This document shows positions 37,082 through 46,890 of a stretch of DNA of 64,000 bases, piece after piece (position 1 is the first letter of the stretch; each line of letters begins with the position of its first letter). The DNA comes from Candidatus Poribacteria bacterium (GTDB lineage Bacteria; Poribacteria; WGA-4E; WGA-3G): assembly GCA_964291315.2 (NCBI GenBank), contig OZ219753.1, positions 992,001 to 1,056,000 on the forward strand, written 5' to 3'. The notes beneath the pieces are model-generated. The model worked only from the letters and a program-made list of their open reading frames with translations. It had not been told where the DNA came from and made no database searches. The position numbers were made by a program, and so were the translations under genes.

Positions 37082-39865
37082 ATGTTATGGAATAAAATGA
37101 GAGTTTTGGTAGTGTTAGGGCTTGTGTGTCTCTTTGCAACCCCCCAGGCTTCCGCGCTTAACATTGTGACGGGAGGTTCCCAAACCCACCTGCTTAAAGC
37201 CAAAACGTTCCTTATCTGGGCGAAAGCTACCGCGGATTCAGCGGTCTCTGCTAATAACGGCATCACGGACGCAGCAACAGGGAAGGTGTACGGCAGTTGG
37301 TCCTCCACAGCTGATCCAAAGTACACCTATCTTTGGGGTGACCTACGGGATAGACTCGAAGGCGGTCATGGGATAGTCATTACATTGCGAGCGCCGTCAC
37401 AGACTGATTTTGATAACGAGGACAAAGAGTATAGCTTGAAACCTAATCCGACAGCGGAGGAGGCGATGAAGCTCAAGCACCAACTCGTTATCACCGAAGT
37501 AATGTGGGGACAAGATGTGCCTTCAAGAGCATTTACCGCAGATAATCCGCAGTGGATAGAACTCTACAGCCAAGGCGCTATGAAAAAGAACGATGCCATC
37601 GGCATGCAAAATACTAGAATTAATCTTGACGCTCTAGTGCCTCGCGCAGGTGAGATGTTTGAGCGTGAGGAAACCGTTGGAGGGGTCAAGGTCAAGCGCA
37701 AGTATGTCGTTCTGGATCGTGTACACACGGTCGATCGCTTTGGCCGGCAGTGGAAACTGAAAGGTAGCAACGGGGATACCGACGGCAACTCAGAGAAGGG
37801 CATAGCTCCGATGCCCATGGTCTCTATGTATCGGAAGATCGAACTGGATGCCACAGGCAAGGCGTATGCCTATGAAAACGGAAAACTGAAGGGACTCGGA
37901 GAGGGCAGTGAACCCGGTTCCTGGGAGACTTCGGTCGGCTCGATTAACATCGAGGGTCAGTATATCGGGTCCCCCGGCAGCGTTCATGTGCCTTTGGGCG
38001 GTCCACATGTTGTCAACTTTGATATGAAACCTGCGGCTATCTCCCCTACCGGTATTATCATCAACGAGGTGCGAAACGATACGTCAAGTGTGAACTTGGA
38101 CTGGATAGAGTTGTTCTATAATAGCGATAGTGCCTCGGATGCGCCCGTGAATATAGAGAACTACCAGCTGAGCCTGGTGATGGGCAAGATGATGACGGAT
38201 GGTAGCGGGTATCACGAGTCTGGGGATGCCAACTTCACGGACACGAGCTTGGCGGTGCTGCCGAAATATAGTATGAAGCCGGGCGAGTATGTCGTGATCT
38301 ATAACCGAGACCCGGGGCGCGGTATTGCTTTCGCTGGGGGTACGAACCTTCAGAGTCTCTTGGACGACTCGGATGTCAACACGGGAGCCTCACACAAGTA
38401 TGTGGTTGCGAAGGATCTAAAACTTCCGGCTGAAGGCAAGTTCCTGATCCTGCTGCGCAACGCAAAAGAGAAGCTGAAAACGGCGGATAATGTCATAGAC
38501 TATGCGGGCAATGGTTTCTTCACACGGGTAGAAGATAGGAAGTTCAATACAGACGTTTGGCCGTTCGTGGGATGGATGTCCCCGGGAGACGTTGAGGACT
38601 TCGGTAGCATGAATACCTTCGCCTCTCGGAACATGTCTTTTGGTCGGGGTGTGCAGATCAATTCGCAGGGCATGTATTGGGCGAAGTCTCGTGCGAACCG
38701 CGTTCACAAAGACGACTGGCAGTCGTTTGGGTTCATCGGCACTGGCTACGACCGCGGCAAAGATAGATCTGTTGACACAGTGACGTCCCCTGGCACGCCG
38801 GGGTATCCGAACATGGCGGTGAACAACGTCTCCGAGGGCGACTACACGTTTGATGGCAAAGTGAGCATCAGCGAGATTATGTATGATACGGGGCCCCGCT
38901 CGAACTTGGTGCAGTGGATAGAGTTGTACAACAGCTCTATGATGGATACGGTGAACCTTGAGGGGTGGGAGTTAGATATTCGCAACCAGGAGACAGGCGG
39001 CTTGTATGTCGACGCAACCCTCACCTTTAAGGCAGGGGCGTATATCCCGCCGAATCAGACGCTGCTGCTGGTCTCGAGTAGTGCTGCGAACGATGTTGCG
39101 GATAACTATGTCTACAACCTGTTGGAGAAGCACCGTAGTGATCTCAGGTTGACGGCGTCTGGTCGGCAGCTGCTGAGTGCGGCGGGCTTCTATTTGGAGC
39201 TGCGTGCGAAGGTCAGCGGTGGCGATCCGATGGTTATGGATGCAGCCGGCAACCTTGAGGTAGACGGTACTTCACTCACGAAGATGTGGGATTTGCCCGG
39301 AAGCGGTGAGATGCGGACCTCTATTGTGCGGACCTATGGAGGTGTGTTCAACGACATGACAGAGGGTTCTGGACCGCACGATGCGAATGATGGGACGATG
39401 GCGGCCTCGTGGCGGCAGTCTAGTATGGCCTCGTTGACCTTCTACGGGCAGCGGAGCGATATCGGCTCCCCGGGTTATCGGCGCGGTGGCCCGTTGCCGG
39501 TTTCACTCTCGAGTTTCCGTCCTGTGCGCGATGCCTCGACGGGCCATGTTGAGATTAGCTGGGTAACGCAGTCCGAACTCAACAATGCGGGGTTCAATAT
39601 CCTGCGCAGCGAGAGCAAGACCGGCGAGTTCAAGGCTATCAACGCCGAGGGTCTGATTGCGGGGCACGGCACGACGTCCGAGAAGCATGTGTATCGCTAC
39701 ACAGATACGACTGCGAAGCCGAATGTGGTGTATTACTACCAGATAGAAGACGTCTCTATGGACGGGGTGCGTACGACGTTACGGACGACGCATCTGCGTG
39801 GGGATGTCTCTGCGAGGGGTAAGCTCACGACGCGGTGGGGAGAACTCAAATCGTCTGACAAATAG
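37082..39865 (+). CDS. large secreted lamin-tail-domain (LTD) protein, paralog 2, with TWG tail
   Basis: Same architecture as 34147-36993; shares the CAATAACAGAGGAGA upstream sequence. Confidence 0.85.
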   Translation: MLWNKMRVLVVLGLVCLFATPQASALNIVTGGSQTHLLKAKTFLIWAKATADSAVSANNGITDAATGKVYGSWSSTADPKYTYLWGDLRDRLEGGHGIVITLRAPSQTDFDNEDKEYSLKPNPTAEEAMKLKHQLVITEVMWGQDVPSRAFTADNPQWIELYSQGAMKKNDAIGMQNTRINLDALVPRAGEMFEREETVGGVKVKRKYVVLDRVHTVDRFGRQWKLKGSNGDTDGNSEKGIAPMPMVSMYRKIELDATGKAYAYENGKLKGLGEGSEPGSWETSVGSINIEGQYIGSPGSVHVPLGGPHVVNFDMKPAAISPTGIIINEVRNDTSSVNLDWIELFYNSDSASDAPVNIENYQLSLVMGKMMTDGSGYHESGDANFTDTSLAVLPKYSMKPGEYVVIYNRDPGRGIAFAGGTNLQSLLDDSDVNTGASHKYVVAKDLKLPAEGKFLILLRNAKEKLKTADNVIDYAGNGFFTRVEDRKFNTDVWPFVGWMSPGDVEDFGSMNTFASRNMSFGRGVQINSQGMYWAKSRANRVHKDDWQSFGFIGTGYDRGKDRSVDTVTSPGTPGYPNMAVNNVSEGDYTFDGKVSISEIMYDTGPRSNLVQWIELYNSSMMDTVNLEGWELDIRNQETGGLYVDATLTFKAGAYIPPNQTLLLVSSSAANDVADNYVYNLLEKHRSDLRLTASGRQLLSAAGFYLELRAKVSGGDPMVMDAAGNLEVDGTSLTKMWDLPGSGEMRTSIVRTYGGVFNDMTEGSGPHDANDGTMAASWRQSSMASLTFYGQRSDIGSPGYRRGGPLPVSLSSFRPVRDASTGHVEISWVTQSELNNAGFNILRSESKTGEFKAINAEGLIAGHGTTSEKHVYRYTDTTAKPNVVYYYQIEDVSMDGVRTTLRTTHLRGDVSARGKLTTRWGELKSSDK

Positions 39866-39914
39866 CAGACACAGCGGTTAGAAATAGACAAGCTAACCTT
39901 ACAGATCAACTAAC

Positions 39915-39959
39915 AAAACGTTGGGGGGTGGAACGCCTGTTTCACCCCCCAACGTTTTT
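39915..39959. terminator. bidirectional intrinsic terminator
   Basis: AAAACGTTGGGGGGTG...CACCCCCCAACGTTTT between convergent genes. Confidence 0.9.
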
Positions 39960-39987
39960 AACCGATTTGAAAGGTGTACAAAGCTAT

Positions 39988-40824
39988 CTATCCTAATTCC
40001 TCACAGAGTTCCGTGATCAATTGGGTATTCTGGCCGATCTGATCGCCAAACTGTTGGTACATGCCGATCAGTAAAGGGTCGGTCGGTTTGCTATGCTTTA
40101 ATGCGAATTTGATTTCTTTTCGGATGTGTTGTGGGCTTTCGATTGTCCTTCCTGCTGCTAAGACTTTGAAGATAAGACATGGTTTATCAGTGCGCTGTAT
40201 CGCGTTGCACATTTTGTCGCGGTCTTCGCGTGCGTAAATTTCGCCGAGGGCGGCGTAGCCGAATTTCTTTTTGAACTTATCTGCCCCGCCGTGGAGGTTA
40301 TAAAGTCCGGTCATGTAGTAGTCTATATCCCATGCTTCGTCTTCGGCGACATGCAGGAGTTTTGGGTCATGTACGGATAACCCGACGAGTGCTCCGGTAT
40401 CGCGGATTCGTTTGAGGATGTCTTGGAGGTGTGCAAGTTTTTTTTCTTGCAAACATCTTTGTGCGACGCCGCCGCCGTGTGGGGCCATGCCGAATGGATT
40501 GTGTTTTGCTGCCTCAAAGACTGCGTTGGGTTTGTCGTACCAAAGTCTGCCTGGGCTGAGGCAAAACCAGTTCATTGTGCCGCCTTGGTTTCGGTAACGT
40601 TGCAGGTCGGCAAGTGAACGTTCTGTCAGGCTATTCTGCCAGCTATTAATTCCGACTTCTTCTGCTCGTTTCAGGGTTGCGACGACTTGTTCTGGTGTAT
40701 GATATTCTTTCTGATGTTGTGAAAGGAGTTGGTTAAAGTGGGAGTAGCCGTAAATCGGATTGTCTCCTATCACTAGTTTACTGATTTGATAGTCACAAAA
40801 AGAGACTTTTGGCAGGCGTGCCAT
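39988..40824 (-). CDS. uncharacterised aldo/keto-reductase-like TIM-barrel protein
   Basis: ISKLVIGDNP..GYSH, VGLSVH, FKVLAAGR. Confidence 0.6.
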   Translation of the reverse strand: MARLPKVSFCDYQISKLVIGDNPIYGYSHFNQLLSQHQKEYHTPEQVVATLKRAEEVGINSWQNSLTERSLADLQRYRNQGGTMNWFCLSPGRLWYDKPNAVFEAAKHNPFGMAPHGGGVAQRCLQEKKLAHLQDILKRIRDTGALVGLSVHDPKLLHVAEDEAWDIDYYMTGLYNLHGGADKFKKKFGYAALGEIYAREDRDKMCNAIQRTDKPCLIFKVLAAGRTIESPQHIRKEIKFALKHSKPTDPLLIGMYQQFGDQIGQNTQLITELCEELG

Positions 40825-40868
40825 TGCTTATTATCCTCCGATGAAGTGAGGGGTTTTCTTTCTTTTTT

Positions 40869-41966
40869 TCAAACGTTCCTAAAGTGTGTCTCATCGAACA
40901 AAAATCGTTTTAGCGTGGATGAGTCTATCTGATGTATGAGTTGCTTAACCAATTCCAAGGTTGCAGTGTAGTCGTCAATGTTGATAATTGAGACATGACT
41001 ATGCACATAACGTGCTGGTACCCCGAGCACAATAGAAGGGATGCCTCTGTTAGCCTGATGAATGGAGCCGCCGTCGGTTCCGCCGGATTGACGGATCGCG
41101 ATCTGATAGGGGATGTGGTGCTGTTCTGCGGTTTGAATTACAAATTCGGCTAGTTTTGGGTTGACGATCATGGATGGGTCGTATAACCGGATTTGTACGC
41201 CGCCGTTGAGTTTACCTTGGGATGCTCTGTTGCCTAGTCCGGGTGTATCATCTGCGGGGGAGCCTTCGATCACAATAGCGATGTCGGGTTGGACGGTTGA
41301 TGTGAGCGTTTTTGCGCCTCGCATCCCGACTTCTTCTTGGACGGTTCCGGCGCTGATAACGGTATTGGGATGCGTTTTAAGTGCTAGGAGTGCTTCAATA
41401 ACGATTGCGACTCCGGCTCGGTTATCGAAGGCTTTTGCGGAGAACAGCTTCCTATTTTTCATGGGCATAAACGGTCCATAGGGGGCAATTGGACATCCTG
41501 GAAGCACGCCGAACGTCTCGGCTGCTTGTTCGCGGTTTTCTGCGCCGATGTCGATAAAAAGGTCTCTTGTGTCCATAACTTTATCCCGTGCTTCTGCCCC
41601 GAACAAGTGTGGCGGTGTAGAGCCGATAATGCCTGGTATTTTGCCCATTTTTGTTGTGATGGTGACTCGTTGTGCTAGCAATGTATGTGCCCACCAGCTC
41701 CCGATGGGCAGGAATTTGACGTAGCCGTCATCGGTCAGATATTGCACCATAAAACCGACTTCGTCCATGTGTGAATCGAGCAAAATTCTTGGTTGTTGTG
41801 CGGTTCCGGTGCGTTCACAAAAGATGCTGCCGAGTCGGTCGGTTTTTATTGTGCCGGCGTTGGCGAGTCTGTTGCGAAAGATCTGTCGGACCTCTGCTTC
41901 ATGTCCGGGAATTCCGTCTGCTTGTGTCAGTGATTTGAGTAGTTCGAGCGATGTTTCAACCATCAT
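40869..41966 (-). CDS. M42 family aminopeptidase
   Basis: GIPGHE, SHMDEVG, KAFDNR, QEEVG.RGA, GGTDG, RYVHS. Confidence 0.93.
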   Translation of the reverse strand: MMVETSLELLKSLTQADGIPGHEAEVRQIFRNRLANAGTIKTDRLGSIFCERTGTAQQPRILLDSHMDEVGFMVQYLTDDGYVKFLPIGSWWAHTLLAQRVTITTKMGKIPGIIGSTPPHLFGAEARDKVMDTRDLFIDIGAENREQAAETFGVLPGCPIAPYGPFMPMKNRKLFSAKAFDNRAGVAIVIEALLALKTHPNTVISAGTVQEEVGMRGAKTLTSTVQPDIAIVIEGSPADDTPGLGNRASQGKLNGGVQIRLYDPSMIVNPKLAEFVIQTAEQHHIPYQIAIRQSGGTDGGSIHQANRGIPSIVLGVPARYVHSHVSIINIDDYTATLELVKQLIHQIDSSTLKRFLFDETHFRNV

Positions 41967-42092
41967 TGCGCCCCTTTGGTAAGTCTGCTATAATTTGGGA
42001 AGATCATAACACGATAGAATATTTTGTGGCAACCTCTGAATCGCTTTAGGATTTAAAAGTGATAAAATTTTGATAAAAGAAGGGAAACTCAA

Positions 42093-43118
42093 ATGGTCAA
42101 AACGGCTAAGATCGGAGTTGGTGTTATCGGAACAGGGCGTATCGGCAAAATGCATATTGAGCACCTCGTTCAGAGTATACCGGAAGCTGATCTTGTGGCG
42201 CTTTGTGGTCTTGAACGCCCGATTGTGGACAATCTCGCGGCACAGTTTAGTGTGGCGGAAACCACAGATGATTACACCGAGCTATTAGCCAATTCAGAGA
42301 TTGATGCGGTGCTTATCGCCTCCGCTACCGATACACATGTGGAAATCTGTCAAGCGGCTGCGAAAGCTGCGAAGCATGTGTTTTGTGAGAAACCGATTGC
42401 ATTGGATTTGAAACAGATTGACGAGACTTTGTCTATCGTTGAGAGGGCGGGGGTTAAATTTCAGGTTGGTTTCCAGCGTAGGTTTGATGTGAGTTTCATG
42501 CGAGTTCGCGAGGCGATCATTTCTGGGGAGATTGGTGAGCCCAATATCTTGCGCATTACGAGTCGTGACCCGGCACCGCCGCCGATTGAATATATCAAGG
42601 GCTCCGGTGGTATTTTTCTTGACATGAGCATCCATGATTTTGACATGGCGCGCTATCTTATCGGGGATGAAGTTGTAGAGGTTTATGCTATAGGGGCGGT
42701 GCGTGTAGATTCTCGAATCGGTGAGGCGGGTGACATTGATACGGCTGTTATCACCTTACGATTCCAAAACGGTGTTATTGCAACGATTGACAATAGCAGA
42801 GAGGCTGTCTACGGTTATGACCAGCGAGTTGAAGTTTTTGGTTCAAAGGGGATGATTACGGCGGCAAATCCGTTGACGGATACTGTTACCTTCAGTGGTA
42901 GTGAGGCGACTCGCGGTGCGCTGCCTCCATACTTTTTTGTGGAGCGTTATAAGGCTGCCTACCTTTCGGAGTTACGGTCGTTTTTTGCGTGTATTCAAGA
43001 GGATACTGTGCCCGTGGTTACAGGTGCGGATGGGCGTGCTCCTGTTGCAATGGGGCTAGCTGCGCTGAGGTCGTTTCGTGAGAACCGTCCGGTCGGCTTA
43101 TCTGAGGTGTCGGCTTAG
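42093..43118 (+). CDS. iolG: inositol 2-dehydrogenase
   Basis: GTGRIG..H, FCEKP, GFQRRFD, ITSRDP, DMSIHDFD, YGYDQRVEVFG. Confidence 0.85.
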   Translation: MVKTAKIGVGVIGTGRIGKMHIEHLVQSIPEADLVALCGLERPIVDNLAAQFSVAETTDDYTELLANSEIDAVLIASATDTHVEICQAAAKAAKHVFCEKPIALDLKQIDETLSIVERAGVKFQVGFQRRFDVSFMRVREAIISGEIGEPNILRITSRDPAPPPIEYIKGSGGIFLDMSIHDFDMARYLIGDEVVEVYAIGAVRVDSRIGEAGDIDTAVITLRFQNGVIATIDNSREAVYGYDQRVEVFGSKGMITAANPLTDTVTFSGSEATRGALPPYFFVERYKAAYLSELRSFFACIQEDTVPVVTGADGRAPVAMGLAALRSFRENRPVGLSEVSA

Positions 43119-43134
43119 TTGTTTGTGGTGTTTG

Positions 43135-43863
43135 TTAATGACCGCCGACTTCCCCGACTTCGATGTCAATTTCGTTTCGATTTCTGACTCGTTCGACGAG
43201 GCCGTCTCGGATGTCTACAATCCTATCAGAGACGTCGAGCATCTTGAGGTCATGTGTAGCCGAGATTATTGTGACGCCTTGATCTTCATTGAGCTGTTTA
43301 ATCAGGTCGATAATTTCGCGTCCTATAACGGTATCGAGATTTGCTGTTGGTTCGTCTGCGAGGACGATGCTGGGGTCATTTGCGAGGGCTCTAGCGATAG
43401 CGACGCGTTGTCGTTGTCCGCCGGAGAGTTCGTCGGGCAGATGGTACATCCTGTCTCCGAGTCCTACCATGGCGAGCAGTTTTTCGGCTTTCTCATTTCG
43501 TGCCTTTTCGGGGAGTCCGGCGAAGATCATCGGTAGGGTTACGTTGCCGTGTGCGCTTCGGACGGGCAGCAGGTTATAGCTTTGAAAGATATAACCGACT
43601 CGGTGGCATCGAAAGGCTGCGATCTGTCTTTGGGAAAGTTGGGACATATTTTGCCCGTCGATGTACACTTGTCCGTCTGTAGGGGTATCAAGTGCGCCAA
43701 TCATGTTAAAGAGGGTAGATTTGCCGGATCCGGAGGGTCCCATTAGGGAGATGTATTCTCCGCGCTGGATCTCAATATTGATGCCGTCTAAAGCGCGGAG
43801 TACATTTGAGCCCATTCGGTATTCTTTGACGACGTTTTCGGTTTTCACGACGATATCAGCCAT
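43135..43863 (-). CDS. ABC ATP-binding protein, LolD/MacB family
   Basis: GPSGSGKST, LSGGQRQR, LADEPT, ATHD. Confidence 0.92.
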   Translation of the reverse strand: MADIVVKTENVVKEYRMGSNVLRALDGINIEIQRGEYISLMGPSGSGKSTLFNMIGALDTPTDGQVYIDGQNMSQLSQRQIAAFRCHRVGYIFQSYNLLPVRSAHGNVTLPMIFAGLPEKARNEKAEKLLAMVGLGDRMYHLPDELSGGQRQRVAIARALANDPSIVLADEPTANLDTVIGREIIDLIKQLNEDQGVTIISATHDLKMLDVSDRIVDIRDGLVERVRNRNEIDIEVGEVGGH

Positions 43864-43953
43864 AACCTTTTCCTTCTTTGTTGTGCGACGCGGTTGTAGA
43901 GTGGTGCGTCAGTGGTTTTTCTGTTGCGTTACAAGGGTCATGTTTAGCTGCGG

Positions 43954-44631
43954 TTAAACCTCGGTGCGCATTGCCTCAGCGGGTGGTAGTTTTGCGGCGC
44001 GCCATGCTGGAAACGATGAGCCGATTACGGCTAGTATCATTCCGAGAAAGCATCCTAATAAGATAATAACTATGACTCCGAGGCGCATGGGGCCTTCTTC
44101 AGGCTGCACTGGTAAGAGTGGGAAATAGAAAAACAGGTCTAAGCCGTAGTCTTTAAGTCCTAAGAGTACGGCTCCGAGCGTACCAATGAGTGCGCCGATG
44201 AGTGCGCCTGAAAATCCTTGGAATCCTGATTCGAGTAAAAAGAGGCGGACCACGAATCCGTCTAATGCGCCTAGGCATTTCATTGTGCCAATTTCTCGGA
44301 AGCGTTCTGTGACGGCCATCAGCATCGAATTTGCGATTCCGACGACACAAACGATCAATGACATAACGATCAACCAGATATCTTTTGTGGTAATACCTTG
44401 TTCGGTTGTGTCTTCAAAAGTGTTAATTGTTGATTGTCGTCCGCTTTCTTGTAGGGCGAGGTCAATTTCGTTATTTGTCCATACGGAGACTAAGAAAGCT
44501 ATTCCGAGCGTGATGCCTGCTGTTGTAATAATGGAGCGTCCGAAACGTATTTTCAAGCTTTGGAAGCTAATCCGTAGCGATTCCAAGAAAGGGAGATCAA
44601 TCTGTTCTTCGATTGGTTTTTTCTGCTGCAA
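43954..44631 (-). CDS. FtsX-like ABC permease
   Basis: GIANSMLMAVTERFREIGTMKCLGA, PAWRAAKLPPAEAMR. Confidence 0.88.
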   Translation of the reverse strand: MQQKKPIEEQIDLPFLESLRISFQSLKIRFGRSIITTAGITLGIAFLVSVWTNNEIDLALQESGRQSTINTFEDTTEQGITTKDIWLIVMSLIVCVVGIANSMLMAVTERFREIGTMKCLGALDGFVVRLFLLESGFQGFSGALIGALIGTLGAVLLGLKDYGLDLFFYFPLLPVQPEEGPMRLGVIVIILLGCFLGMILAVIGSSFPAWRAAKLPPAEAMRTEV

Positions 44632-44665
44632 ATTTCTGCCTCCTTAATTCATAATCTATTTACGT

Positions 44666-44694
44666 ATTGTATCAAATTCAGAGTTTAAAGTCAA
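44666..44694 (-). promoter_or_regulatory. sigma70-type promoter
   Basis: TTGACT-N17-TACAAT with TGn. Confidence 0.65.
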
Positions 44695-44736
44695 ATTTTT
44701 GTTGTATGTAATTTAGTAGATGCTGCGTGTATGGAA

Positions 44737-44765
44737 TTGACGCTTCAATGCTTACCTGCTATAAT
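44737..44765 (+). promoter_or_regulatory. sigma70-type promoter
   Basis: TTGACG-N17-TATAAT with TGn. Confidence 0.7.
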
Positions 44766-44788
44766 GATTGCAAACGGAGGTGTAAAGG

Positions 44789-45409
44789 ATGCCTAGATTT
44801 CTTTTTGTTTTTGCGTTTCTAGTTTTATGTATTGCGCTGCTATGTTGGTTGCCCCGGGTTTCAGCGCATGATACTTTCTATCCACACCATCGTGAAGATT
44901 TTGAGGATATAACGCGGCGCCGTGAATTGCGGGGCACTGTTGTTCTCATCACAATCGCCTTTGTGGGTGTAGTGGGAACGATGGTTTATATGGCGTTACG
45001 AAAAAGTAGCCCTGAAGACAGAAGGGAAGAGATAGCCCTCAAAGTGGTTCAGGAGCGCTTGGAATGTGCTGCCAGGGCGGCGGCGAGAGCCGCGCGACAG
45101 GTTCTCACTACTCGCAGCAATATCGAAGAGGCCGCTACAAGTGCTCTCACAACTTATGCTGAAACTTGTGGTATTTCTTGGCGCCGGCATTCTTATAGGG
45201 CAGTCAATACCGACTCTGTGCCGTATCAAATTCGCTGCACAATTGGAAACGACGTTGTCACTCTTGTTATCAATGCCAGTACCGTGCAAATAAAGGCTGA
45301 CCACTACTTTTCTAAGAGTGGTTTTGATTCAGAACGGATGTCAAAAGGGGCAAGTGTAACCGCTGTGCTGAAAATTAGAGGTGAGAAAGAGGAGTGGTCT
45401 TTAAAATAG
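44789..45409 (+). CDS. hypothetical membrane protein
   Basis: GGAGG RBS, signal peptide, short His-rich segment, second TM. Confidence 0.65.
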   Translation: MPRFLFVFAFLVLCIALLCWLPRVSAHDTFYPHHREDFEDITRRRELRGTVVLITIAFVGVVGTMVYMALRKSSPEDRREEIALKVVQERLECAARAAARAARQVLTTRSNIEEAATSALTTYAETCGISWRRHSYRAVNTDSVPYQIRCTIGNDVVTLVINASTVQIKADHYFSKSGFDSERMSKGASVTAVLKIRGEKEEWSLK

Positions 45410-45421
45410 GGAGTTAGCGAG

Positions 45422-46189
45422 TTATGCTATAAGCTGATTGATGAGAGAGGCGCTATAACCTGCCCCGAAACCGTTATCAATGTTCACGACGGTAACGCCG
45501 GATGCGCAACTGTTAAGCATGCCTAATAGTGCGGCTAGTCCGCCGAAACTGGCGCCGTAACCGATGCTTGTTGGTACGGCAATGACTGGGCAGTTGACTA
45601 GTCCGCCGACTACGCTTGGGAGTGCGCCTTCCATACCGGCGACAACGATAATAACGCGCGCTGTGAGAAGTTTCTGATGATTGCTTATTAATCGGTGTAA
45701 CCCTGCGACTCCGACATCGTAAAGTCGTTCGGGTTGGTTTCCCATGATTTGTGCTGTTTCGGCGGCTTCCTCGGCTACGGGCAAGTCAGATGTACCTGCG
45801 GAGACAACGAGGATACCGGCGGCCCCTGTTTCTTCGGATTGGACAAGGGTGATCGTTCGTGCAAGGGCATTATAGCGTGCTTCGGATGCGATTTCCTTCA
45901 CGGCTTCGTACATATCCGGTGTGGCTCGAGTTGCTAGGAGTGGATGCCCTGCGGCTAGGATACGTTCGCTAATCTGTTTCACGTGTGTCACCGTCTTTCC
46001 CTCACAGAAAATGACTTCTGGAAATCCGGTACGAAGTTGCCGGTGATGATCAATTTTTGAAAACCCTAAGTCTTCGAACGGAAGGAGTCGGAGAGACTGT
46101 AGTGCATCTTCTACTGTGAGTTTTCCGTGTTTGACTTGTTCAAGTAGGGTTTTTAAATTTGCGATTTCCATTGATTTTAAGAGAGACAC
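45422..46189 (-). CDS. larB: nickel-pincer cofactor biosynthesis protein LarB
   Basis: DHHR..RTGFPEVIF.EGK, AGTSDLPVAEEA, DVGVAGLHR, AGMEGALPS, PTSIGYG, VVNIDNGFGA. Confidence 0.93.
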   Translation of the reverse strand: MSLLKSMEIANLKTLLEQVKHGKLTVEDALQSLRLLPFEDLGFSKIDHHRQLRTGFPEVIFCEGKTVTHVKQISERILAAGHPLLATRATPDMYEAVKEIASEARYNALARTITLVQSEETGAAGILVVSAGTSDLPVAEEAAETAQIMGNQPERLYDVGVAGLHRLISNHQKLLTARVIIVVAGMEGALPSVVGGLVNCPVIAVPTSIGYGASFGGLAALLGMLNSCASGVTVVNIDNGFGAGYSASLINQLIA

Positions 46190-46281
46190 TATTTCTGTTG
46201 CGAGCTCATTGAATGTGGCTGTATTGGTAGTAGTTGTGAGGAGCGGGCTTAGCGCCCGCTCACTCTACAGTGAAGAGCTGC

Positions 46282-46692
46282 TTAGGCGTCCTCGGCGGTG
46301 TTTTCGTCGTCTTCGTTTGTGTCACTCATCCCTGGGATGGAGCCGGCAATTTTTGCACGAACATCTGCGGAGACTCTGCGTCCGGCGTCCACGGCCTCTT
46401 TGACTTGTTCACCTGCGGCGTGTATCCGTTCTTTGCTGCTATCTACGGCGCCTTGGACGCTCTCTTTGCCTTGTTTTATGAGGTCTTGTGCGTTCTGTCG
46501 TGCACTATCGGAGGTTTGCTGTGCAAACTCGACGGTTCGATGCTTTGCTTCAACAGATTTATCGCGAATTTTCTGGCGGGTTTCTCTGCCGGAAGTGGGT
46601 GCGTAAAGCAGACTGATGACAGCTCCTGCCATAAATCCTGTGAAGAAAGCGAAAATCATGCCGAGTCCATTGTTTTGTCCATTATTGCTCAT
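46282..46692 (-). CDS. YtxH-domain protein
   Basis: F..G.MAGA..SLLYAP.SGRETR.KI. Confidence 0.9.
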   Translation of the reverse strand: MSNNGQNNGLGMIFAFFTGFMAGAVISLLYAPTSGRETRQKIRDKSVEAKHRTVEFAQQTSDSARQNAQDLIKQGKESVQGAVDSSKERIHAAGEQVKEAVDAGRRVSADVRAKIAGSIPGMSDTNEDDENTAEDA

Positions 46693-46890
46693 TTTTTTGT
46701 CCTTTCTATTAAGTAAATGATTGATTTGTTTTGGGTATAGCCCAAAACTTGAGATTGGCGTTTACAAAAAACGGGTCAGAAGATTTTGATTCTGACATTT
46801 CCCGCTTGATGCAATCGCTATTTTTGCAACATGCAGGTAGCGATACAAATGTTATGTGCATTTCCTTTCATGCGAAGAATTTATATTAGG

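Larger units (their letters stand above)
36619..39873 (+). repeat. near-identical 3' blocks of the two LTD genes (36619-37001 and 39491-39873)
   Basis: Colinear ~380 bp with mostly third-position differences; identity runs 8 nt past the stop codon. Confidence 0.9.

Noticed and set aside
36619-39873. DGR template/variable repeat pair
   Set aside because: Both copies are coding, differences are mostly synonymous and not adenine-specific, and there is no reverse transcriptase in the window.
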